Made by a program: the position numbers and the translations under genes. Positions 8,584-18,903 of a stretch of 56,973 nt of DNA are shown piece by piece. The stretch covers positions 1 to 56,973 of the forward strand of contig JAUQVK010000094.1 of assembly GCA_039794845.1 (NCBI GenBank), in the 5' to 3' direction. The notes beneath the pieces were generated by a model. That model was given only the letters and a program-made list of their open reading frames with translations, was not told the origin of the DNA and ran no database searches. The stretch comes from Thermostichus sp. DRC_bins_24 (GTDB taxonomy: Bacteria; Cyanobacteriota; Cyanobacteriia; Thermostichales; Thermostichaceae). Position 1 is the first letter of the stretch, and every line of letters begins with the position of its first letter.

Positions 8584-9806
8584 TAGGGGATCTCCTCATT
8601 CACAGTTTCTACACCGACCCAGGCCGGTTGCCGACCTGCTAAGGGGGGCAGGGCATAGGGGGTATGGTCAATCTTCTGAAACCGACCGGCCCGACAAACG
8701 CCGCGGACTTTCAGCATCTGGCTAACGGATAACGTGCCGCCCCGACCATCGACCAATTCTGCCTCTTCTGCCACCAGCTCCGCCACCGTGAGATCCGCCT
8801 CTCGCCCCACCTGCAGGGATCCCAACTCGTCATTTTTTTGAATGGCCCGCGCCGCTGCACTCGTGACCGCTTGGATCACCTCCGGCAGGGTCAGGCCCAA
8901 GGCCAAAAACTTGCTCATGGTCGTGGCCAAATCCACCACGATCTCGGTGTTGAAAATGTTCAGATCGGTGGAGAGGGTGTGGGGGCGGATCCCTTGATCC
9001 AAGCCCAGGCGCGCCGTGTTAAAGGAAAAGTCGCTGCCGCTGTGGCCCACATCCAGCAAAACCCCCCGGTCTAAAGCCCGCCGTGCTGCCGGCAACAGGG
9101 ATCCCTCTGCATCGAACAGGCCAAAGCGCGGCTGATAGGTATGGGTGACAATATCTCCTGGACGCAGGCGATCCAACAAATCGGAGGGATCCAACACCCC
9201 ATCCATCGGGAAGCGGCCCAGATGAATCATGATCGGCAGATGATATTCCTCTGCCAAAATCAGCGCCGAAGCCAGGGTGGGGGATTCGGTTTCTCCGATC
9301 CTGACGGTGGGGCGAGCCTTAAAGCCGACGATGATCTCCCGCTGGTCTTCGATCACCTGCCGCGCCCGATCCAAATCCTGATTTTTCGGATCCACCGCAA
9401 AGCCCAGCCGATGGGCAATGAAATCGGAAGTGGCGATGTAGAGCAAAGACGGATCGATCAGCCCGTACACCCGCGTTTGGGCCCTCTGGGCCACGGTTTC
9501 TCGAAAAGCCGGAAAGGTGAGGGTGCCGGAAGTTCCCGCATCCACCACCGTGGTTACCCCAGAGCGGATCCCCACCTCATCCGCAGGCAGACAAAAGTCC
9601 CCCACAGACGTGAAGACATGGGTATGAATATCAATCCAGCCGGGGGTGAGGAGTTGTCCTTGCAAATCGATCACTTCCGCCCCAGCCACAGGCAAATGGC
9701 GCCCGATCGCGGCGATCTTTCCCTTTTCCACCCGCAGTTGACCGATCTCGTCCAGCCCCTGAGCAGGATCCAGTAAATGCGCATTGATAAAGAGGGTGGC
9801 AACCAC
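8583..9806 (-). CDS. Metallo-dependent amidohydrolase/deacetylase (dihydroorotase-like subgroup)
   Basis: PGWIDIHTH, GVTTVVDAGT, MIHLG, THTY, DVGH and STDL motifs. Likely GTG start at 9806 with GGAG upstream. Confidence 0.9.
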   Translation of the reverse strand: MVATLFINAHLLDPAQGLDEIGQLRVEKGKIAAIGRHLPVAGAEVIDLQGQLLTPGWIDIHTHVFTSVGDFCLPADEVGIRSGVTTVVDAGTSGTLTFPAFRETVAQRAQTRVYGLIDPSLLYIATSDFIAHRLGFAVDPKNQDLDRARQVIEDQREIIVGFKARPTVRIGETESPTLASALILAEEYHLPIMIHLGRFPMDGVLDPSDLLDRLRPGDIVTHTYQPRFGLFDAEGSLLPAARRALDRGVLLDVGHSGSDFSFNTARLGLDQGIRPHTLSTDLNIFNTEIVVDLATTMSKFLALGLTLPEVIQAVTSAAARAIQKNDELGSLQVGREADLTVAELVAEEAELVDGRGGTLSVSQMLKVRGVCRAGRFQKIDHTPYALPPLAGRQPAWVGVETVNEEIP

Positions 9807-9846
9807 TATAACTCCGTCCAGCAAAGCATTTGACCTGTTGTTTCGT

Positions 9847-9889
9847 AAGATAAAGCACTTTTTTCTTGCAATCTGTAGACCCGGCTACA
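9847..9889 (-). promoter_or_regulatory. Putative NtcA-activated class II promoter
   Basis: TGTA-N8-TACA at 9874-9889, then exactly 22 nt from the GTA-N8-TAC core to a TAN3T -10 box (TATCTT, 9852-9847) on the minus strand. Confidence 0.65.
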
Positions 9890-9936
9890 GAATCCCGGGC
9901 TGACAGGCCAACAATCTGAGCTTTGGAAATGGGATA

Positions 9937-9965
9937 CATCCCCTTCAGGGCGGGGAGGATGTCAA
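9937..9965. mobile_element. IS200/IS605-family end remnant
   Basis: CCCTTCAGGGCGGGGAGGATGTCAA is a subterminal hairpin ending in TCAA, typical of cyanobacterial IS605 ends. No tnpA or tnpB is present. Confidence 0.65.
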
Positions 9966-10039
9966 CGTGATGCCTGCTACATCTGCCGTTCCGGCGAACA
10001 GGCTCTAATATTGGGATGGTTGTTCCAGGAGCTACCTTC

Positions 10040-12976
10040 ATGACCTCTTCTCCCCGCCTGACTGCCGCAGAGCGGACTGTAAGTTCTACCAACGGGCTGG
10101 AGGAGACCCCCCTGCTTATGGAGCGGGATCCCTTGGCCCATCCGCTCCAGGTAGGCGAAGCTCTCACCCTGGGAAACAGCCTGTTGAATCGGCGGCTGCA
10201 ACTGGTGGAAGAACTGTGGGAATCGGTGCTGCTGCAGGAGTGCGGGCAGTCGCTGGTGGATCTGTTGCAGCGGCTGCGTTCCATGTGTTCCCCCGAGGGA
10301 CAAGCCCTGGAGTATCCGGTGCCGGAGGTGCTGCAGATCGTTGAGTATCTCAGCCTTGATGCCGCCATCCAAACCGCCCGTGCCTTTGCCCTGTTTTTTC
10401 AGCTCATCAACATTGTCGAGCAGCACTACGAGCGGGCGGAAGTCTCCGATATGCGCATGGTGGATAGTCAGCGGCGCACCGTGCGAGAAAACGAAAAATT
10501 TGAGCGGTTGTTTCCCTATCTGCGCGCCCAAGGGGTACCGCCAGGTCTGCTGCGCAAGCTGCTGGAGCAACTGCACATCCGTATGGTGTTTACCGCCCAC
10601 CCCACCGAGATCGTCCGCCACACCATCCGCGAAAAACAACGGGCCTTCTCCCGCCTGCTCAGCCAACTGGACTGGGCGGAACAATCCCAACCTCTGCAGG
10701 CCCAGATCCTCAAGGAGCAACTGGCGGAAGAAGTTTTGCTCTGGTGGCGCACCGACGAATTGCACCAGGCCAAGCCGACGGTGCTCAACGAGGTGGATTA
10801 CACCCTGCACTACTTCGAAGAGGTACTGTTTCAGGCCATTCCTCTGCTACACGAGTCCCTCAGCCGCAGCCTGAAAAACTCCTTTCCCCACCTGGATCCC
10901 CCCGCTGCCGGCTTTTGCAACTTCGGCTCCTGGGTGGGATCCGACCGCGATGGCAACCCCTCCGTGACGGCAGATGTTACCTGGCAAACGGCCCGCTATC
11001 AACGCAATTTGATCCTGGGCAAGTACATCGAATCGGTGAAAGCCCTCACCAAAACCCTGAGCATTTCCTTGCACTGGGGGGATGTGGACAGCCAGCTTCT
11101 CGATGCCCTGGAGCAGGATCACCGCCTACTGCCGGAGGTGTACGAGTCCTTTTCGTTGCAATATCGCCAGGAACCCTACCGCCTCAAGCTCAGCTACATC
11201 CAACGGCGGCTGGAACTGACCCGCGAGCGCAACCGCCACCTGGCAGATTCCGCCTGCTTGCCCGCCCCCCCACCCCTGGCCAACGCCTACGCCAATGCCG
11301 AGGAGTTTTTGGCGGATCTACAGCTGATTCAAAAAAGCCTGAAAAGCAGTGGTCTGGCCTGTCGGCAGTTGAACCACTTGATCCAGCAGGTGGAGGTGTT
11401 TGGGTTTCATCTGGCCCATCTGGATATTCGCCAAGATAGCAGCTACCACGAAGCCGCCCTGACGGAGATCTTTGACTACCTGCGCATTTTGCCCCGCCCC
11501 TACAGCGAACTGCCTGAGGCGGAAAAAACTGCTTTTCTGTTGCAGGAACTGCAAACCCGTCGCCCGCTGTTGCCCCTTGAGATCCCCTTTTCGGAAAAAA
11601 CGGCAGAATGGATTGCCACCTTCCGCACCCTGCGCCGCCTACAGCAAGAATTTGGCCTGGCCATCTGCCAAACCTACGTGATCAGCATGAGCCGCCAGAT
11701 CAGCGACCTGTTGGAGGTGCTGCTCATGGCCAAGGAGGTGGGCCTCTACGACCCAATTAGCGGTCAGGGATCCCTGGCAGTGGTGCCTCTGTTTGAAACC
11801 GTAGAAGACCTGAAACGGGCCCCAGAGGTGCTGCGGGGCCTGTTGGAAATCCCCTTTTACCGGCAGTATCTAACTCAGCAGGGGGATCTGCAGGAGGTGA
11901 TGCTGGGCTATTCCGATAGCAACAAAGATTCTGGCTTTTTAAGCAGCAACTGGGAGATCTACAAAGCCCAACAAATGCTGCAACTGGTGGCGGAATCCTA
12001 TGGGGTGAAGTTGCAGATCTTCCATGGTCGGGGCGGATCCGTCGGTCGCGGGGGGGGCCCAGCCTACGAGGCGATCTTAGCCCAGCCGGGGCGCAGTGTG
12101 GGTGGACGGATCAAAATTACCGAGCAGGGGGAGGTGTTGGCCTCTAAGTATTCCCTCCAGGATCTGGCCATTTTCAACCTGGAAACCGTGACCAGTGCCG
12201 TGATCCAGGCGAGCCTGCTGCGCACCTATCCCAACGATCTCCACGAGTGGTCCCGCCTGATGGAGTCTCTGGCGGATCGTTCCCGGCAGGTCTATCGGGG
12301 CTTGGTCTACGAGCAGGAGGGGTTTGTGGAGTTTTTCCACGAGGTCACCCCAATCGAGGCCATCAGCCAGCTGCAGATCAGCTCCCGTCCCGCCCGGCGC
12401 AGTGGCAACCAAAAGGATATCGGATCCCTGCGGGCCATTCCCTGGGTGTTTAGTTGGACCCAAAGCCGCTTTCTGTTACCCGCCTGGTACGGGGTGGGCA
12501 CCGCCCTGCAGGAATACGTGGCCAAGGGGGAGCACAACCTCAAGCATCTGCAACACCTCTACCGTGAGTGGCCCTTCTTCCGCATGGTGATCTCGAAGGT
12601 GGAGATGACCCTGGCCAAGGTGGACCTGCAAATCGCTCGCCACTACGTGCGGGAGATGAGTTCTCCGGAACGCCTAGAACGGGCGCTAGAGCTGTTTGAG
12701 CGCATCGCCGACGAGATGTATCGCACCCGGGAGATGGTGCTGCAAATTACGGGGCACAGTGAGCTGTTGGATAACGATCCCTACTTGAAGCGCTCGGTGC
12801 AGCTGCGCAACCGCTCCATTGTGCCCTTGGGCTTTATTCAGGTTTCGCTCCTCAAGCGCCTGCGAGAAAACCAGGGATCCCGCAGCAGCCGAACGCGCTA
12901 CAGCCGCTCTGAACTGCTGCGGGGGGCGATGCTCACCATCAATGGCATTGCCGCCGGGATGCGCAACACGGGCTGA
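10040..12976 (+). CDS. ppc: Phosphoenolpyruvate carboxylase
   Basis: [35 protein letters not shown] and C-terminal GMRNTG. Confidence 0.98.
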   Translation: MTSSPRLTAAERTVSSTNGLEETPLLMERDPLAHPLQVGEALTLGNSLLNRRLQLVEELWESVLLQECGQSLVDLLQRLRSMCSPEGQALEYPVPEVLQIVEYLSLDAAIQTARAFALFFQLINIVEQHYERAEVSDMRMVDSQRRTVRENEKFERLFPYLRAQGVPPGLLRKLLEQLHIRMVFTAHPTEIVRHTIREKQRAFSRLLSQLDWAEQSQPLQAQILKEQLAEEVLLWWRTDELHQAKPTVLNEVDYTLHYFEEVLFQAIPLLHESLSRSLKNSFPHLDPPAAGFCNFGSWVGSDRDGNPSVTADVTWQTARYQRNLILGKYIESVKALTKTLSISLHWGDVDSQLLDALEQDHRLLPEVYESFSLQYRQEPYRLKLSYIQRRLELTRERNRHLADSACLPAPPPLANAYANAEEFLADLQLIQKSLKSSGLACRQLNHLIQQVEVFGFHLAHLDIRQDSSYHEAALTEIFDYLRILPRPYSELPEAEKTAFLLQELQTRRPLLPLEIPFSEKTAEWIATFRTLRRLQQEFGLAICQTYVISMSRQISDLLEVLLMAKEVGLYDPISGQGSLAVVPLFETVEDLKRAPEVLRGLLEIPFYRQYLTQQGDLQEVMLGYSDSNKDSGFLSSNWEIYKAQQMLQLVAESYGVKLQIFHGRGGSVGRGGGPAYEAILAQPGRSVGGRIKITEQGEVLASKYSLQDLAIFNLETVTSAVIQASLLRTYPNDLHEWSRLMESLADRSRQVYRGLVYEQEGFVEFFHEVTPIEAISQLQISSRPARRSGNQKDIGSLRAIPWVFSWTQSRFLLPAWYGVGTALQEYVAKGEHNLKHLQHLYREWPFFRMVISKVEMTLAKVDLQIARHYVREMSSPERLERALELFERIADEMYRTREMVLQITGHSELLDNDPYLKRSVQLRNRSIVPLGFIQVSLLKRLRENQGSRSSRTRYSRSELLRGAMLTINGIAAGMRNTG

Positions 12977-12996
12977 CGAACCCTAAGCGCAGGAGC

Positions 12997-13818
12997 CTAC
13001 AACAAATCGTCTTCATACTCTTCTGGATCCACCTCCTCCACTTCCACCTCCACAACCCGCCGGGGTGGGCGAGGTGGAGCCTCATCCCGGTAGTCTTCTT
13101 CTTCCGGTAGACGTGGGGGACGGCGGCGGGTGGCTGTGCTCGTGCCTGTGCCCCGTTCTTCCTGCACATCCTCCGGATATCCTCCAGCAGCGGGGCGCCG
13201 CGGGCGCCGGGTTTCTGGGGGCGGCGGGGCTGGCTCATCGTAGTCAGAATAGTCAGGGCGAGAACGGGGTTCCGGCTCATCGTAGTATTCATCTGCCGCT
13301 TCGGGGCGGCGCCGTGGGCGCACGCGGGTATCGCTGGTTAACTGGGGCCGCGGACGACGGCCGGAGGAAGGGCCGGGGTCTTCGCTACGTCCGGCAATGG
13401 AGCGGCCATAGGAGGAGGTATCGCGAATCCGGGATCCAGCAGCAGCACGGGTGGAAACGGTGCGCCCTTGCCCATATCCCTCCGGCGGGTAGGTACGGGT
13501 AAACCCTTGCCGACGAACCGTCGGACGAACTCCGCCCACTTGGCGAGCCTTTTCACTTAAGAGAATCCGCAACCGGAAGGTTTCGATCGCAAACCAACCG
13601 GCCATCACCGCCAACAGCACCTGAGCAAAAAACAGCAATGGAATCAGGCGCTGACCTTCTAGGAGCAGGCAGACGGAATAAATCAGGCCCATTGTAGCGA
13701 AAATAACATCGTACTCCGCGGAAGCCTCCCGCTTGATGAAGCGAACCGCAAAAATGGCTCCACTGGCAATCGCCACCAGCGCTGCCATCAAAAAATAAGG
13801 GCTTTGGGTGAGAAACAT
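12997..13818 (-). CDS. ycf66: Ycf66 family protein
   Basis: Three N-terminal TM helices (YDVIFA...QRLIPLLFFAQ...FAIETFRLR) followed by an R/P/E-rich tail. Confidence 0.8.
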   Translation of the reverse strand: MFLTQSPYFLMAALVAIASGAIFAVRFIKREASAEYDVIFATMGLIYSVCLLLEGQRLIPLLFFAQVLLAVMAGWFAIETFRLRILLSEKARQVGGVRPTVRRQGFTRTYPPEGYGQGRTVSTRAAAGSRIRDTSSYGRSIAGRSEDPGPSSGRRPRPQLTSDTRVRPRRRPEAADEYYDEPEPRSRPDYSDYDEPAPPPPETRRPRRPAAGGYPEDVQEERGTGTSTATRRRPPRLPEEEDYRDEAPPRPPRRVVEVEVEEVDPEEYEDDLL

Positions 13819-14034
13819 GCCAGGGATCCCTACAACGATGAGAACGGAGTCAAGTCAGTTTTTGCCCATTCCAAAGCCGATCCTAACATCGATCCCTCGG
13901 GTGATACCGGCAGCCCCTCAGGTTTGAGGCTAAGCGCAGCGGTGGGATCCCTTAATCCTCAGATGGGAGTCTGCTTTCCAGGCCAAGCCCCAAGCGTATC
14001 ACAACAGCCCCCAGTGGGTTTGGGTTGGGCTCGG

Positions 14035-15081
14035 CTACCCAGCCTCTGAGGAAGGAATCGGGATCCCTCCTTGAAACACCCGCCCAATCACCTCTTCGAT
14101 CGGCGGATCTGTCACCGTCAGATCCAGCACTTCCAGATCCGCCAGCAGCTTCGCCACCGTCTGGATGAGCCGCTCCCGTTGCACCCAGAGCCGCACCTCG
14201 CACCCCTCCGTCCCGCTGGGATCCCGGTCGTTGAGCACCTCCCCATAGGATTCCAATTGGGTGATCGGGCAAGGATGGGCCAATTTCAACTTGACCTCTC
14301 GGTAGGGGGCAAACCGCTCCAGCAGCTCGTCGAGGCCGCCATCGTAAATCAATCGCCCCGCATCGATCACCAGCACCCGCTCGCACAGGGCCGTGATATC
14401 CGCCATGTAGTGGCTGGTGAGCAGCACCGTCGCCCCATAGCGCTGGTTGTAGTTCCGCAAAAACTGCCGCACACCGGCCTGAGCATTGACATCCAATCCC
14501 AGCGTCGGCTCATCCAAAAACAACACCTGCGGGCGGTGTAACAGAGCTGCCAACAGCTCCGCCTTCATCCGTTCTCCCAAGGAGAGCTTGCGCACCGGTT
14601 GTGTCAGTTTGCCCTCCAGGTTCAGCAGCTCCGCCAGCTCCCCCACCCGTGCTTGAAAATCCTTCTCCGGGATCTCATAAACGGCGGCATTGATCCGCAG
14701 TGAGTCCATCGCCGGCAGATCCCAGAGCAACTGCTGTTTCTGCCCCATCACCAGAGTAATTTGCCGCAAGAAGTCGGGATCCCGGCGGTAGGGGGTGTAA
14801 CCCACCACCTGCACCGACCCGCTTGAAGGGTGAATCAACCCCGTCAGCATTTTCAGGGTGGTGGTTTTACCCGCCCCGTTCGGCCCCAAGAACCCCACCA
14901 CCTCTCCTGGCTGGATCTGAAAGCTTATGGATTGCACCGCCGGGATATAGCGATAGGTGCGCCGAAAAAAATGCCTTAGGGTGCCGACAAGGCCGGGATC
15001 CTTAAGGGCAACCGGATAGACCTTGCTCAGTTCACTGGCGGTGATGATCGGCCCAGGGTGGCGGGCAACAGGAGGGGCCAT
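14035..15081 (-). CDS. ABC-2 type transporter ATP-binding protein
   Basis: GPNGAGKTT, LSLGERMK and LFLDEPT. Confidence 0.93.
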   Translation of the reverse strand: MAPPVARHPGPIITASELSKVYPVALKDPGLVGTLRHFFRRTYRYIPAVQSISFQIQPGEVVGFLGPNGAGKTTTLKMLTGLIHPSSGSVQVVGYTPYRRDPDFLRQITLVMGQKQQLLWDLPAMDSLRINAAVYEIPEKDFQARVGELAELLNLEGKLTQPVRKLSLGERMKAELLAALLHRPQVLFLDEPTLGLDVNAQAGVRQFLRNYNQRYGATVLLTSHYMADITALCERVLVIDAGRLIYDGGLDELLERFAPYREVKLKLAHPCPITQLESYGEVLNDRDPSGTEGCEVRLWVQRERLIQTVAKLLADLEVLDLTVTDPPIEEVIGRVFQGGIPIPSSEAG

Positions 15082-15219
15082 GGCAACGGGATCCTTACCC
15101 CGGGAGACAAGCAGACCCGCTACCCCAACCCCAAGGCCAATGCCCTGAAGCTGGAAATACCGGATCTGTAGAGGGTTATTGCTCAGTATCTGGGGTAGCA
15201 GTTGGATTGGACAGGGGAA

Positions 15220-15423
15220 CTACAGCAGTCCCACATCGATGCCAGGCTTACCCGTGGCCAACTCCACCTTGAGGATGCGGCCACCGGACTTTTGGATGCG
15301 CTGCTGCTCCCGGAACCAGCTATCGTAGGGCACCAACTTCGTGAAGAAGGTATTTTGCAGCTCCCGCTGGGTGCGAATCCGGGTTTGGCTGGGCACACAG
15401 GCGGTGATTTTAAACATGCGCAT
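15220..15423 (-). CDS. apcC: Phycobilisome 7.8 kDa core linker
   Basis: MRMFKITACVPSQTRIRTQRELQNT. Confidence 0.98.
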   Translation of the reverse strand: MRMFKITACVPSQTRIRTQRELQNTFFTKLVPYDSWFREQQRIQKSGGRILKVELATGKPGIDVGLL

Positions 15424-15590
15424 GATAAGGGATCCCTAATCGACAACAAATGGGCTGAAATACTCTCGACCAGCAAAACAGGCGATTCACCTCAGAAAGC
15501 TCGCGTACCACGTCCAGCACACCAGATCCCTGCGGCAAATCGCCCGTCGTGCTCGTTGGACAATGCAAGCCGAGCCAACGGTCCTGGGGC

Positions 15591-16076
15591 TCAGCTCAAG
15601 CCAGAAGAGATATAGTCGAAGTACACACCCATCTCTTTACCGGCCTCAGCACCCACCAAAGCAGCGGTCACTTCCTTCATGGCTTGGATTGCTTGGATGG
15701 TGGCACCTACGGGTACGCCCAAAGAGTTGTAGGTTTCCTTCAACCCATTCAGCACCCGCTCATCCAGGATGGAGGTATCGCCGGCCAACATGGCATAGGT
15801 GGCATAGCGCAGGTAGTAGTCCATGTCGCGGATGCAGGCAGCATAGCGACGGGTGGTGTACATGTTGCCACCGGGACGGGTGAGATCCGAGTACAACAAT
15901 GCCTTGGCAGCCGCATCCTTAACGATGGTGGAGGCATTGGCCGCAATGGTGGCCGCCGCCCGCACCCGCAGCTCGCCGGTGGCAAAGAAGGACTTCAACT
16001 TGTCCATGGCAGAGTTGTCCAGATACTTGCCTTGGACGTCGTAGCTGTTGATTACAGCAGTAATCGCGTCTTGCAT
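15591..16076 (-). CDS. apcB: Allophycocyanin beta subunit
   Basis: [20 protein letters not shown]...[12 protein letters not shown]. Confidence 0.98.
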   Translation of the reverse strand: MQDAITAVINSYDVQGKYLDNSAMDKLKSFFATGELRVRAAATIAANASTIVKDAAAKALLYSDLTRPGGNMYTTRRYAACIRDMDYYLRYATYAMLAGDTSILDERVLNGLKETYNSLGVPVGATIQAIQAMKEVTAALVGAEAGKEMGVYFDYISSGLS

Positions 16077-16138
16077 GATGAGCTTCCTAAATCCAAATCG
16101 GTGAACATCAACGGTTGTGCAGTCAAAACGATGAGGGG

Positions 16139-16624
16139 TTAGCCCATCGCCCCGACTACGAAGTCAAAGTAGTAGCCAGCCTCAGCCGCATCATCGGGAG
16201 ACAACAGACCGGTCGCCACCTGTTTCATTTGTCGCACGCTCTCAGCCACTGCCGGGATCGGGGTGCCTAAGGAGTTGTACATTTCCCGGACACCCACCAA
16301 GCCGATCTCTTCAATCGGGGTAACATCACCGGCGATGATGCCATAGGTGACCAGGCGCAGGTAGTAGTCCATGTCCCGCAGGCAAGTCGCAGTCATCTCT
16401 TCGCCGTAAGCATTGCCACCAGGGGAGACAACATCGGGGCGCTTCTGGAAGAGTTGGTCGGCAGCTTGCTTAACAATGCGCTCACGAGACTCGGTCAAGA
16501 CTTGAGCGATGCGCAACCGCTTCTCACCGGAGGTGACAAAGGATTTGATCCGATCCAATTCCCCTGGACTCAGGTAGCGGGCTTCCGCGTCCGCATTCAC
16601 AATCGATTTCGTGACAACGCTCAT
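16139..16624 (-). CDS. apcA: Allophycocyanin alpha subunit
   Basis: [26 protein letters not shown]...TATCLRD. Confidence 0.98.
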   Translation of the reverse strand: MSVVTKSIVNADAEARYLSPGELDRIKSFVTSGEKRLRIAQVLTESRERIVKQAADQLFQKRPDVVSPGGNAYGEEMTATCLRDMDYYLRLVTYGIIAGDVTPIEEIGLVGVREMYNSLGTPIPAVAESVRQMKQVATGLLSPDDAAEAGYYFDFVVGAMG

Positions 16625-16884
16625 GGATATCTATCCTCAAGTCGATTTTTTTAAAGAGTATGACGAACATACCCGGAAGTTATTTTCGGATATGGCAGCC
16701 ATTCACCATCTCAGATCTTCATACTTCTTAAGATCTCTCCCAGAAAAGGGGCACCCCTGATCGGCTTTGACTACACCACGTCGCTCCGGCGCTCCTGCGG
16801 GAGAGTGGTTACAATTTAAAATAGCGAAGTGAGTCGCCAGGGGATCCCTGCGAGCTTGGCTTCAAAACGTGCGTTGAGGTCGTG

Positions 16885-17835
16885 ATGACGGATGCCTCTG
16901 GGTCGAAGGGAGCAAAGGTTGTTTCTGAGGGTTCGCCCCAATCTCTGCCGGATCACCTGATCCGAGCCACAGCTGCAGACGGCAAGATTCGGGTGGTGGG
17001 GTTGGTGTCCACCCAGGCGGTGCAGGAGGCGCGGGAGCGCCACAAGCTTTCTTACGTGGCCACCGTTGCTTTGGGTCGGGCCATGAGTGCCGGTTTGCTC
17101 TTGGCGGCCAATCTTAAGCGTCGCCAGGCGCGCATTAACCTGCAACTGAAGGGGGATGGCCCTCTGGGTAACATTTGGGTGGATGCCGGGCTGGATGGCA
17201 CGGTGCGCGGTTATGTGGGCAACCCGGCGATTGAACTCCCCCTTACCTCGGAAAGCAAATTAGATGTGGGTCAAGCGATTGGGCGCTACGGCTATCTGCA
17301 TGTGTTGCGGGATCTGGGGTACGGCCAGCCTTACACCAGTGCGGTGGAATTGGTGTCTGGAGAAGTGGGCGATGATGTCACCTACTACCTCTCGTCATCG
17401 GAGCAAACCCCTTCGGCGGTGCTTTTGGGGGTAAATCTCGACTCGTATCGGGTGCGGGCTGCCGGGGGTGTGTTGCTGCAGGTTATGCCCGGAGCCCCTG
17501 CCGGTTTAATTCCGGAGATGGAAACCCGCTTGGCCAAGGTAGAGGAATTCAGTCCCATGTTGGCGTCGGGAGGGGGCTTGCGGGAGCTGTTGCAGATCTG
17601 CCTAGGGGATTTGGATCTGAAGATTGCGCCGGAGATGCACACCATTCGTTTCTATTGCAAGTGCAATTCTGACCGGGTGAAAGGGGCTTTGCGCATGTTG
17701 GGGCGGGACGAGCTGATCGACATGATCCACACCGATAAGGGAGCAGAGGCCGTCTGTCACTTTTGCAATGAGGTCTATCGCGTCTCGGAAGCGGAGTTGC
17801 GCTCGATTGTGGCGGAGATGTCGGCGACCCTATGA
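16885..17835 (+). CDS. hslO: Hsp33 redox-regulated chaperone
   Basis: DHLIRATA...GDGPLG and the C-terminal CxC...CxxC zinc centre (CKC, CHFC). Confidence 0.95.
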   Translation: MTDASGSKGAKVVSEGSPQSLPDHLIRATAADGKIRVVGLVSTQAVQEARERHKLSYVATVALGRAMSAGLLLAANLKRRQARINLQLKGDGPLGNIWVDAGLDGTVRGYVGNPAIELPLTSESKLDVGQAIGRYGYLHVLRDLGYGQPYTSAVELVSGEVGDDVTYYLSSSEQTPSAVLLGVNLDSYRVRAAGGVLLQVMPGAPAGLIPEMETRLAKVEEFSPMLASGGGLRELLQICLGDLDLKIAPEMHTIRFYCKCNSDRVKGALRMLGRDELIDMIHTDKGAEAVCHFCNEVYRVSEAELRSIVAEMSATL

Positions 17836-17880
17836 TGGCTAAGCAAGGGATCCCTTTTGTGCCCTTCCGGTTGCCCCCAG

Positions 17881-18885
17881 ATGTTGGCCGAGCTGACTGC
17901 CCCTGAGTTATCCATTGTCATCCCCTGCAAAAATGAGGTGGATAATCTCGAGCATTTGTTTGAGCGCCTCAGCCAAACCTTGGCTCCGTTGCAGTTGAGC
18001 TACGAGATAGTCTGCGTGAATGACGGTAGCCAAGACAATACCCTAGAAAAGCTGATCACCTTTCACAAACAGGATCCCCGCATCAAAGTGGTCAATCTTT
18101 CCCGTTGTTTCGGCAAAGAGATCGCCCTTACCGCGGGGCTTGATTTCACCTCGGGAAAAGCCGTTATTCCCATTGATGCCGATCTACAGGATCCACCGGA
18201 ACTGATCCCGGAGATGCTGGAGCTCTGGCGAGAGGGCTACCAGGTGGTGTACGCGGTGCGGCGTAGCCGTCAGGGAGAGAGCTGGCTCAAACAATTCACG
18301 GCCAGCGGGTTTTACTGGGTCATCGATCAACTCAGCCAGGTGCGGATCCCACGCAATACCGGGGATTTTCGCCTGCTGGATCGGCAGGTGGTGGAAGCCA
18401 TTAAGCGAATGCGGGAGCGCACCCGCTTCATGAAAGGAATCTTTGCCTGGGTGGGCTACCGGCAGACGGCCATCTTTTACGACCGCGCCCCTCGGTTTCG
18501 GGGCAAAACCCAGTGGAACTATTGGCGCCTGTGGAATTTGGCTGTAGAAGGGATCACGTCCTTCAGTTCTTGGCCGCTGCGGGTGTGGAGCTACCTGGGG
18601 CTGATCATCTCGCTGCTGGCTTTGTTGTACGGAGCCTTTCTGGTGATTCGAACCCTACTCTTCGGGTCGGATGTGCCGGGTTATGCCTCTTTGGCGGTGA
18701 TGGTGTTGTTTTTGGGCGGGATCCAGTTGATCAGCTTGGGGGTAATCGGGGAGTACTTGGGCCGTGTTTTTGAAGAGGTGAAGGGCCGTCCACTCTACTT
18801 GGTGCAAGGGGCTTTTGGGTTCGACGGCACCCTCAGACGCAGCAAGGTGGGATCCAACCCCAGTTCCACTGGGAACTCCAAATAG
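17881..18885 (+). CDS. GT2 polyprenyl-phosphate glycosyltransferase (GtrB-like)
   Basis: VNDGSQD, FGKEIAL, IDADLQDPP, GDFRL and two C-terminal TM helices. Confidence 0.92.
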   Translation: MLAELTAPELSIVIPCKNEVDNLEHLFERLSQTLAPLQLSYEIVCVNDGSQDNTLEKLITFHKQDPRIKVVNLSRCFGKEIALTAGLDFTSGKAVIPIDADLQDPPELIPEMLELWREGYQVVYAVRRSRQGESWLKQFTASGFYWVIDQLSQVRIPRNTGDFRLLDRQVVEAIKRMRERTRFMKGIFAWVGYRQTAIFYDRAPRFRGKTQWNYWRLWNLAVEGITSFSSWPLRVWSYLGLIISLLALLYGAFLVIRTLLFGSDVPGYASLAVMVLFLGGIQLISLGVIGEYLGRVFEEVKGRPLYLVQGAFGFDGTLRRSKVGSNPSSTGNSK

Positions 18886-18903
18886 CGATTCAACGTCGGC
18901 CAT

